DNA of 64,000 nucleotides from a virus: IMG/VR virus record IMGVR_UViG_3300030116_003118, positions 1 to 64,000 of that record; one strand, 5' to 3'. Shown piece by piece: positions 56,329 to 64,000 of this stretch (position 1 is its first letter; each line of letters starts with the position of its first letter). The notes under the pieces were generated by a model. It saw only the letters and a program-made list of their open reading frames with translations, ran no database searches and was not told where the DNA came from. The position numbers and the translations under genes were made by a program.

Positions 56329-58202
56329 TGAAACAAGAAGAGACAGCGAGAAATATAATGAGTGGAATAACTCATTATCTAAAATATGCAAAATATATAG
56401 GAGCAGAACAGCGAAAGGAGACATGGGAAGAAACTGTTAATAGAAACAGAAACATGCATCTAAAGAAGATGGGTCATTTAGGCCCAGAAGTCTTTAATGA
56501 GATAAATCGTATTTACGATGATTTCGTTATGACAAGAAAGGTTTTACCTTCGATGCGCTCCATGCAGTATGCGGGGAAACCGATTGAAATTGCACCCAAC
56601 AGTATTTACAATTGTGCTTATTTGCCAATTGATGATATTGCTTGTTTCCATGAGATATTCTTTTTATTACTCAATGGAACAGGTGTAGGATTTTCAGTCC
56701 AACGACATCATACTATTCATTTGCCGGAGATTAGAAAGCCTAATCCAAAGCGAAGTAGAAAGATAGTTGTTCAGGATTCTATCGTAGGTTGGGCAGATGC
56801 TATCAAGGAGTTATTCCGTTCTTACACAGGAGAACTAACTCAAAGCCCCCGCTTTATTTACGATGATATTAGACCTATGGGTGCGCCTTTGAAAACAAGA
56901 GGCGGAAAAGCCCCCGGCCCTGAACCTTTAATTGAATGCATGACTATTGTAGAAAACATGCTTAGAGTTAAAGAAGATGGAGATAGGTTGACTCCGCTAG
57001 AATGCCATGATATTATTTGTCATATGGCTAATGCAGTTACAGCAGGTGGAAATAGACGAGCCGCATTGATATCATTATTCAGTGCTGATGACCATGAGAT
57101 GCAAACTTGCAAGTCTGGACAATGGTGGGATGGTAATTCACAAAGAGCAAGAAGTAATAACTCAGCAGTTATTTTGAGAAGTAAAGTAACAAAGGATTAC
57201 TTTAATCAGTTGTGGGATAAAATAGAAGAATCTGGTTCTGGAGAACCCGGAATCTATTTTACGCATGATAAAGATTGGGGAACTAATCCTTGCTGTGAAA
57301 TCGCTCTTAGACCCTATCAGTTCTGTAATCTTACAGAAATAAATGCTAATACTGTAGAAGACGATAAAGACCTGTATGAAAGAGTAGAAGCCGCAACAAT
57401 ACTAGGAACATTACAAGCATCCTATACTGACTTTTATTATCTAAGAGATATATGGAGAGAAACAACAGAACGTGATGCTTTGTTGGGTGTATCTATGACA
57501 GGTATCGCATCTCAAAAAACTGATTTGTTAGATGTAACAGGTGCGGCTTTGAAGGCTAAAGAAATAAACAAGAAGTGGGCAGATATACTAGGAATAAATC
57601 CTGCTTCAAGAATTACTTGTGTAAAGCCTTCAGGAACTTCTTCAATGGTATTGGGAACGTCAAGTGGTATTCATGCTTGGCATTCTGAATACTATATTAG
57701 AAGAATTAGAATTGGTAAGGAAGAACCAATTTATAATTATCTACTTCAAAATCATCCTGAATTGATTGATGATGAAGATGGTAATCCGGCGGGTGCAGTA
57801 ATTGAGATACCTCAAAAAGCCCCAGACCATGCATTAACTGCCGATAAAGAGAATGCATTTGAGTTCCTAGAAAGAGTAAAGAACATGACTATTAGATGGG
57901 TTAACCCCGGACACAGTGATGGTCAAAATACTCACAACATTTCTGCGACTGTCTATATTAAGGATGGTCAATGGGATGAAGTTGGAGAATGGATGTGGTT
58001 AAACAGACATTACTACAACGGCCTTTCATGTTACCCGGAGTTTGCTGTTTACAAGCAAGCACCGTTTGAAGCATGTGATAAGGCAACGTATGAAAAGATG
58101 CTTCAATCTTTGAAAGACGTAGATTTAACTAAGATTGTAGAATTTGATGATTCTACTGATTTTAGTGACCCCGCATGTGGTGGCGGTGGATGTGACATCT
58201 AA
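56328..58202 (+). CDS. nrdJ: Class II (adenosylcobalamin-dependent) ribonucleotide reductase
   Basis: 'LPSMR', 'YNCAY', 'GTGVGFSV', 'GTNPCCEI', 'CNLTE', 'TCVKPSGT', C-terminal ACGGGGC redox pair. Confidence 0.9.
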   Translation: MKQEETARNIMSGITHYLKYAKYIGAEQRKETWEETVNRNRNMHLKKMGHLGPEVFNEINRIYDDFVMTRKVLPSMRSMQYAGKPIEIAPNSIYNCAYLPIDDIACFHEIFFLLLNGTGVGFSVQRHHTIHLPEIRKPNPKRSRKIVVQDSIVGWADAIKELFRSYTGELTQSPRFIYDDIRPMGAPLKTRGGKAPGPEPLIECMTIVENMLRVKEDGDRLTPLECHDIICHMANAVTAGGNRRAALISLFSADDHEMQTCKSGQWWDGNSQRARSNNSAVILRSKVTKDYFNQLWDKIEESGSGEPGIYFTHDKDWGTNPCCEIALRPYQFCNLTEINANTVEDDKDLYERVEAATILGTLQASYTDFYYLRDIWRETTERDALLGVSMTGIASQKTDLLDVTGAALKAKEINKKWADILGINPASRITCVKPSGTSSMVLGTSSGIHAWHSEYYIRRIRIGKEEPIYNYLLQNHPELIDDEDGNPAGAVIEIPQKAPDHALTADKENAFEFLERVKNMTIRWVNPGHSDGQNTHNISATVYIKDGQWDEVGEWMWLNRHYYNGLSCYPEFAVYKQAPFEACDKATYEKMLQSLKDVDLTKIVEFDDSTDFSDPACGGGGCDI

Positions 58203-58519
58203 ACACCACATAATAAAAAACTCTAAACAATTAGATGCTATTTGGCCCATGATTTATGAAAAGGCAAAAGAAGAGGTAAAGATACCAACGTCTACCTATG
58301 TAGGACATTATAGGGATGAATATTTGTATCATAATAGAGACACCGCTTTGAATGCCCTTTGTAGATATTACGAAGATACAGTAAGTGGATTAGAAAGCAT
58401 AAAGAGTTTTTTGGGGTATGTCCGAAGACTATTTATAGTATCAGGAATAGTACCCTATGATAGTGAGTTCGATAAATTAATTGAACTGTATAACGATATT
58501 GGAATATATATAGAAGTGA

Positions 58520-58942
58520 ATGAAAATGATGATTTGTAAATGTGGAAACAACAATTTTGAACTAATGATGAACGCCAAACTTAAATGCACTAGTTGCGGT
58601 AAGTTTTGGAATCCTTTTTCTAACCAAGAACACAAGGTAATGGAAAAGGATGGCTTCCATTTCTTTTGGGTAGTGATGAGAAATCATTTCCTAGAGAGAT
58701 GGGACAGACAATTACCAGACCTAGAAGAAGAAGACTTGTTAAAAGACTGTATTCAACTAAAGAATGTCAGTAAACAAAACAAGGCTTACTTTACACCCTA
58801 TCGTGGTGGACACCTTTTCTGGAAGTTTAAGTTTAACAGAAAGTTAAAGAGACTAGAACTGGAATTGATTACGATTACTTCAACTAAGGTAACTGAATTG
58901 AAGTATGAAAAGAATCCTAAAAAGATGGATATAAAATTTTGA
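58520..58942 (+). CDS. Zn-ribbon protein
   Basis: CKCG...CTSCG. Confidence 0.55.
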   Translation: MKMMICKCGNNNFELMMNAKLKCTSCGKFWNPFSNQEHKVMEKDGFHFFWVVMRNHFLERWDRQLPDLEEEDLLKDCIQLKNVSKQNKAYFTPYRGGHLFWKFKFNRKLKRLELELITITSTKVTELKYEKNPKKMDIKF

Positions 58943-58951
58943 GGAATAAAT

Positions 58952-59284
58952 ATGAATGATGATGCAGTATTAAAGTTGTATGAAGAATTGAATAAGACCC
59001 AGATAATTAACGCATATAAAAAGTATCTTGAGGATAATAAAAGATATAGAAAAAAGAATGACGGATTCAAGGGAAGAGGTCAACCAAAGTTAGAGCGACC
59101 CAAAATATCTAACGTTACTTTATCTTGGAGAGAGTTTAGAAGATTACCCAAAGCATCTGTTATAGTGCATACTTTTAGCGAAGGCTGTGATACTTTGTAT
59201 CTAACAAGTCTTAAGAACAAAGGTTTCTTTAAAGAAACTAGAGAGTGGCATCGTAATTATGAGGGTGATGCTGATGCTAAGTAA
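58952..59284 (+). CDS. Hypothetical protein
   Basis: 110 aa ORF. Confidence 0.5.
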   Translation: MNDDAVLKLYEELNKTQIINAYKKYLEDNKRYRKKNDGFKGRGQPKLERPKISNVTLSWREFRRLPKASVIVHTFSEGCDTLYLTSLKNKGFFKETREWHRNYEGDADAK

Positions 59285-60614
59285 TTATGAATATAAGCAA
59301 GCGTGTACCGTAGTTATTAACTCGGCAGACGACAATGCTAGTAGTAAACAAATTACTGACATTGATATATATTCTACCTATGAATTGGGAGAAAGAACCT
59401 ATGTGCGCACAAGACCTGCTTTCAGAAGAGAAATAACTTGTCACTTGACACGTTCAAGAAAGAAGGGCGACCCTTTAGTTATGGGTATTGCTGATGCTCT
59501 ATCGGGTTTCTTAAAGATAAATGGTAACAATGGAAGAAGTTATTGGTCTCCGCCAAAGAAGTTTAAGATAGCAATAGTATTCCCAAACGTTGTTGATGAG
59601 GCCAATGGCGGGCCAATGATTCTAACAATAGAAAAGAAAGACCCATACTATTATCTGATGAATAACAGAATGACCAAGAAGAATATGATGGTCACAATTG
59701 CGAGAACAGTTTATCGTTCTTGTTTTGAAGATAATGCTATCACATTAATGCAATACATGTTTAACATGATTATATTGCCTGAGAATGTAAAGTATGCATT
59801 GGAGAACCGTACTCCTTATTTCTTTATTCGTGACCCTTTTAACAAAGAGGGAATGCGTGAAAGAATAGAAGTAAGATTAAACACTGAAATGATTTCACCA
59901 TCAGAAGCGGCATTAGAAATATCTGATGGAGTTTGGGCTCCAATTTCTGTAAAGGACTTAGATATATTCATTAACTTTCATTACCATAATCATAAGCGTT
60001 CTACCAAATGGATGTTAAGTCCCAAAGGTCTTTGGAAGAAACTAATTGGTTCTGAACCCACAGAATCACAAGTCCATCTTATGATGGAGTTTCTAACACA
60101 AAACCGTACTTCTGATTTGATTGAAGAAAGAGCGCAACAGTTGATGAAAGATTTGGTAACAAAATATCCTGATAGAATTAGAATTGTAAAGTATCTAAAC
60201 CACAAGAAGAAAGAGATAACTGCAATGTTGGTTCGTGGAAAGATGGCAGATTGGATTATCATAGACTCTGAATATAAAACTCAGATTCAAAAGGTAAAGA
60301 CATATGTGTATATCTCAAGCGAAGTAATTCAATATGATTTGGATAATAACTACAGACATGACCACAATGAGTTTGAAAGTGGTGTTTTGCGTGGGCCAAT
60401 CTGTATTGACAATGTTCACACAAATACTAGTTTGGGAGACCAATATGCGGCTAGAGCATTAGCACTTCTAAACGATAAGATGACTGTTAAGTTGGTTAAC
60501 ACCATTGCTAGATATATTCCAAAGATTATGCTAGACGGTGACCGTGAATCGAGATTCCAGTTTGAGGAAATAACTGGTGAAATGCTAAATGATAAATTAG
60601 GAAGTGTTAGATGA
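59259..60614 (+). CDS. Hypothetical protein, candidate E2-like C-terminal domain
   Basis: 'GPICID' resembles the E2 active-site G-x-I-C-L-D; lies in the E1/JAB cluster. Confidence 0.4.
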   Translation: MRVMLMLSNYEYKQACTVVINSADDNASSKQITDIDIYSTYELGERTYVRTRPAFRREITCHLTRSRKKGDPLVMGIADALSGFLKINGNNGRSYWSPPKKFKIAIVFPNVVDEANGGPMILTIEKKDPYYYLMNNRMTKKNMMVTIARTVYRSCFEDNAITLMQYMFNMIILPENVKYALENRTPYFFIRDPFNKEGMRERIEVRLNTEMISPSEAALEISDGVWAPISVKDLDIFINFHYHNHKRSTKWMLSPKGLWKKLIGSEPTESQVHLMMEFLTQNRTSDLIEERAQQLMKDLVTKYPDRIRIVKYLNHKKKEITAMLVRGKMADWIIIDSEYKTQIQKVKTYVYISSEVIQYDLDNNYRHDHNEFESGVLRGPICIDNVHTNTSLGDQYAARALALLNDKMTVKLVNTIARYIPKIMLDGDRESRFQFEEITGEMLNDKLGSVR

Positions 60615-61402
60615 ATTGTATTAATTGTAGTAGCAACATCATAGATTATGATGAGTTTTTAGATGAGTTTGTATGTGGGGAATGTAGGCTTGTATTGGTA
60701 AATAGAATCCATGAGGATGTGATACCAATCACCTACAAACCCAATGTAACAGAAGTTAGAAAAACTATGGACAGGCTACAAACAGAGGTAAATATGATTA
60801 CGTCTGAGTATGTATTAAGTTCCGAAGTCCAAGAGGATTTATATTGGATAATGAAAGAACATACAGAAAGAGACTCTTCATATTTGTCTGAAAATTTTGT
60901 TGATGTAATGGCAAAAGCAATAGTGCATCATGTGTTTAAGTTACACATGATACCTAACGACATAAAAAAATCAATGTATAACTATGAGAAAAAACATTTC
61001 AAGAGATATCTAAAAGACGTTAAAAGATATATTGATACTCCGTGGTGGAGACATAATAGCCCGGAACGTTCTCTTGACCCTATACTTTCAAATCTCTATA
61101 TGTTCAAAGAGTCTTACAAAGACCGAGCAAAGCAATTAATATTCTATATGGATAGAGTGCTTCAAGATGAAGGTATAGGTCAACTGATGTCAAACTACGC
61201 TATGATGGTGTATGTTCATATTCAGTTGGATAGAGAAATGCAAAATTGGATTGTAATAGATGAGATTGCTAGGGTTTTCTTTACAACCCCACAGGCAATA
61301 AAAAACAGATGGAAAAATTATATGAATTTATTCCATGTTTCAAAGGAAGGCTTTCAGAACTTAACCTTTGAAGAATTTATACTAGGTGTAAGATATGAAT
61401 GA
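60611..61402 (+). CDS. tfb: Transcription initiation factor IIB (TFB) homolog, divergent
   Basis: N-terminal Zn ribbon CINC...EFVCGECRLVL; C-terminal HTH 'DEIARVFFTTPQAIKNRWK' resembling the TFB BRE-binding helix. Confidence 0.7.
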   Translation: MNCINCSSNIIDYDEFLDEFVCGECRLVLVNRIHEDVIPITYKPNVTEVRKTMDRLQTEVNMITSEYVLSSEVQEDLYWIMKEHTERDSSYLSENFVDVMAKAIVHHVFKLHMIPNDIKKSMYNYEKKHFKRYLKDVKRYIDTPWWRHNSPERSLDPILSNLYMFKESYKDRAKQLIFYMDRVLQDEGIGQLMSNYAMMVYVHIQLDREMQNWIVIDEIARVFFTTPQAIKNRWKNYMNLFHVSKEGFQNLTFEEFILGVRYE

Positions 61403-61985
61403 AAATAAAAGAAAAATAATGATAATAGGTGTAGGAGGGATAGGTAGTTATCTAGCCCCTCTTTTGAAAAAGGTTGGTATATACTCAATGTATTTGGCTG
61501 ACCCTGATATAGTAGAGGATAAGAATCTGTTGTATCAAAACTTTAGTAAGGCTACTGTAGGCCAAAAGAAGGTTGATTCTCTTTCGGGAATTAGTGTTGG
61601 TCATGTAAGAAGCCCTTACAATATATTGACAGATGCACAAATCAAAGGTTCTAAATCTGATTTGGTAGTATGCTGTGCAGACAACTTAGACATTAGAAGA
61701 CTTTTGTACCGACAAGGATTTCAAGATGATGCTAAAGTTAAGTGGTTAGATTTAAGAGCGCAAGGTAGAAATGGGGCATTGATTAGTTATTTAACTGACC
61801 CCAAGTTTAGCGATATGTTCTTACAAGGGCCGGATGGTTCTTTCTCCTGTCAAGGAGACCAAGAAGAAATAACACCAGAAACCGTACATTTTACCCATGT
61901 TGCAGTAGCAGGTATGGCCGCACAATGGATTCAAAGATGGTTTAATGGTGAAGAAGTAAAAGATAAAATGGTGATAAATATATGA
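61395..61985 (+). CDS. ThiF/MoeB/E1-like ubiquitin-activating enzyme
   Basis: GVGGIGS, D.D.VE.KNL..QNF, G.KKV, D.VVCC.DN...R, candidate catalytic Cys in FSCQ. Confidence 0.88.
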   Translation: MNENKRKIMIIGVGGIGSYLAPLLKKVGIYSMYLADPDIVEDKNLLYQNFSKATVGQKKVDSLSGISVGHVRSPYNILTDAQIKGSKSDLVVCCADNLDIRRLLYRQGFQDDAKVKWLDLRAQGRNGALISYLTDPKFSDMFLQGPDGSFSCQGDQEEITPETVHFTHVAVAGMAAQWIQRWFNGEEVKDKMVINI

Positions 61986-62707
61986 GTTGGAAATGGACAA
62001 AAGAAGAAAAGGACTTTCTGTGGAAGATTGCACATAGTAAGATGGATGACGGTAAATTACTACCAGACCCATTAGTGGTGCATTTTTACAATCAGAAATT
62101 CCATGATAGAAAAAGAAGTGTAAAAGCAATTGACCATCAGTTGCGAAAACTAAATAAAGAAAAGGAAAATCTAATGAAGATTGAAAAGAAAGTCATGGGA
62201 AGTAACCATGAAAAGATAGAAAAAGAGGTAAAGAAGATGACAGAAAAACAGTTTCCTACAATGGAAAAAGTAAGAAAGAAACACCCGCGTCACTATCCTA
62301 CGCAGAATAGTGGTATGGGTTGGACTCCTTCTGATGATAAGTATTTGTTGGCTAATTGGTCAGCAAATGACGCAAAAAGAAATTCTACTGCAAAGCATCT
62401 AGGTAGAACACTACATGCTTGTAGAAGCAGACTTTTGAAAATCAGAAAGAATCCTGAATACATGAATAGCATATTGGTTCAAAGCCATGAAGTTACCATG
62501 CAGGATAAGGGAGTATATTTGGGTTCAGCAGAAATGAATCCAGTGAACTTTAATGACACAAAGAAAGAAGTTAAAGTTAGCAACAGTGCTAGAAAGCCCG
62601 GTCTGCTAGAGCGACTGCTCGATTGGTTGATTCATCGAGGGGAGCGAAAGCATGAGAAGAAGATTCAAAAGGCTGAAGCCAAGTTGCTAAGATTGCGTGG
62701 TGAATGA
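61982..62707 (+). CDS. Protein with two Myb/SANT-like repeats
   Basis: 'WTKEEKDFL...RSVKAI' and 'WTPSDDKYL...AKHLGRTLHACRSR'. Confidence 0.65.
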   Translation: MSWKWTKEEKDFLWKIAHSKMDDGKLLPDPLVVHFYNQKFHDRKRSVKAIDHQLRKLNKEKENLMKIEKKVMGSNHEKIEKEVKKMTEKQFPTMEKVRKKHPRHYPTQNSGMGWTPSDDKYLLANWSANDAKRNSTAKHLGRTLHACRSRLLKIRKNPEYMNSILVQSHEVTMQDKGVYLGSAEMNPVNFNDTKKEVKVSNSARKPGLLERLLDWLIHRGERKHEKKIQKAEAKLLRLRGE

Positions 62708-63199
62708 ATGATGAGTAATGTTGACGGCTTAGAAATCAGAATCCCTGATTGGAAAGATAAGATAGAATTTTCATACCGTGTGAATACACAACAAGGATTC
62801 CATGATTCTATATGGAACATGTCACAATATGCGTTTGATATTCCCAGAGAGGTTCAAGTGGTGATTGATGACAATGATAAACTTCATATCAGTGTCGGAA
62901 CCCCCGGATTTGTATCCTTTGATGGGCAATTCCCAACAGGAATGAAGTTACCGCTAAAAGAGTGGATTCACACACATCCATTCGGTCAAGCGTATTTTAG
63001 TGCGACTGATAAGAACACGGTGAACATATGGCATTCTAAACTAAACTCTGCTACGGTACTTGGAAAGTATCAAAAAGCAGTTTTAAGATTTAGATATAAT
63101 GATGAAGGTCATCATCTATACACGTTTTCTGAGCGTGAGAATAGATGGAATACTGTCAATAGCGTTATGGAAACGCTTTGGAATGAAGAAGAAGAGTGA
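62708..63199 (+). CDS. JAB/MPN+ (JAMM) metalloprotease
   Basis: 'REVQVVI' Glu and HTHP.....FS.TD JAMM motif. Confidence 0.85.
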   Translation: MMSNVDGLEIRIPDWKDKIEFSYRVNTQQGFHDSIWNMSQYAFDIPREVQVVIDDNDKLHISVGTPGFVSFDGQFPTGMKLPLKEWIHTHPFGQAYFSATDKNTVNIWHSKLNSATVLGKYQKAVLRFRYNDEGHHLYTFSERENRWNTVNSVMETLWNEEEE

Positions 63200-63203
63200 T
63201 AAG

Positions 63204-63392
63204 ATGTTTGGACAAGAAGCAAGCAAAGTAAAGGTGGAAGACGTTGATTGTGGTGATGAAACCATTCTACGTCTGATGCGTGATGGCGAAGTATTCGCTC
63301 ACGTTACAATAAAAAAGAGTGGGAATTCCCACACGTTTGATGTAATGCAAAGAAACATTACATCAGATAATGGAAGTGGAACGGATGAGTAA
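63204..63392 (+). CDS. Hypothetical protein
   Basis: Likely start MFGQEASK just after the JAB stop. Confidence 0.45.
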   Translation: MFGQEASKVKVEDVDCGDETILRLMRDGEVFAHVTIKKSGNSHTFDVMQRNITSDNGSGTDE

Positions 63393-63825
63393 AGTAAACC
63401 TAGTAGTATTGTTGATGTTATCAACAGTAATAGCAGGTTGTGCTGAAGCAATTCCTGACCCTCCAACGGTTGTTGAAGGAGCAAATGCCCCAGAGTGGGA
63501 ATATCTTAATGCAACATATACAGTAATGGTTGATGATAATAATTCAACCGTTCCTGTAGTTGTTCTTGGTAACAACAGCACATGGCTACAGGTTGATTCC
63601 TTTAGGCTAAATGCTACGCACATGAGTTTTGTGACAGAAGACAATGCTATTGTCTTTAACAATAAGTCCTTTACTCTAAGTGGGTATCTATCCCAAGACG
63701 GGATAATTTGGGAAGATGGGTATGCACCTATGATGGGTAACAGTACCCTTTTCTTTCCTAAGTTCCCATATGATATAACTGTAGAATATTCGGTTGTATA
63801 TCGTGAATGGACAGGCATGGAGTGA
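63385..63825 (+). CDS. Putative lipoprotein
   Basis: Signal peptide with lipobox 'LLMLSTVIAGC'. Confidence 0.6.
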   Translation: MSKVNLVVLLMLSTVIAGCAEAIPDPPTVVEGANAPEWEYLNATYTVMVDDNNSTVPVVVLGNNSTWLQVDSFRLNATHMSFVTEDNAIVFNNKSFTLSGYLSQDGIIWEDGYAPMMGNSTLFFPKFPYDITVEYSVVYREWTGME

Positions 63826-63829
63826 TAGT

Positions 63830-64000
63830 GTGGCAAAGGCAATAACAGTTAAGTTTCCTGCACCTATGCCCGCAGAAATACCTTGTCCTATTTGTGCCAA
63901 AGGAGATGGTAAAAAAGGATTAGGGTGTGTCGGTTGTGGTTGGGAAGGTAAACTAAAAGTAACTGTTGATGCTAAAATACCAATTCAAAGAGTGCATATT
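63830..64000 (+). CDS. DnaJ-type Zn-finger protein (partial)
   Basis: GTG start; CPICAKGDG...CVGCGWEG; open to the window end. Confidence 0.5.
   Translation, partial: MAKAITVKFPAPMPAEIPCPICAKGDGKKGLGCVGCGWEGKLKVTVDAKIPIQRVHI

Overview
AT-rich, gene-dense 64-kb segment of a tailed (Caudoviricetes, HK97-fold) archaeal virus. The host is most likely marine Euryarchaeota (Magrovirus/Poseidoniales-virus-like), inferred from a viral TFB, GGTGA-type Shine-Dalgarno sites, TATA promoters, and a halovirus-like capsid, portal and terminase. The left arm (1-43.9 kb, minus strand) is the virion module: tail genes with a -1 frameshift chaperone, adaptor, an Arf-like small GTPase cluster with membrane proteins, MCP, protease-scaffold, ATP-dependent DNA ligase, portal, LAGLIDADG protein, terminase, and ~25 ORFs sharing an N-terminal M-x-W-x-x-hydrophobic-hydrophobic-K tag. 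The right arm (49.7-64 kb, plus strand) carries tRNA-Leu(TAA), a pyrimidine-dimer glycosylase, class II RNR, TFB, Myb-like proteins and an apparent ubiquitin-like conjugation system (Ubl ending GG-Y, ThiF/E1, JAB, candidate E2). Between the divergent arms (44.2-49.2 kb) is an array of cassettes separated by the palindrome ACCATATGGT. Some cassettes carry their own promoter and gene (two paralogs in opposite orientation); the rest are ORF-less and densely base-paired, some with pseudoknots, and look like ncRNAs. All assignments come from motifs read by eye; no searches or folding were run.
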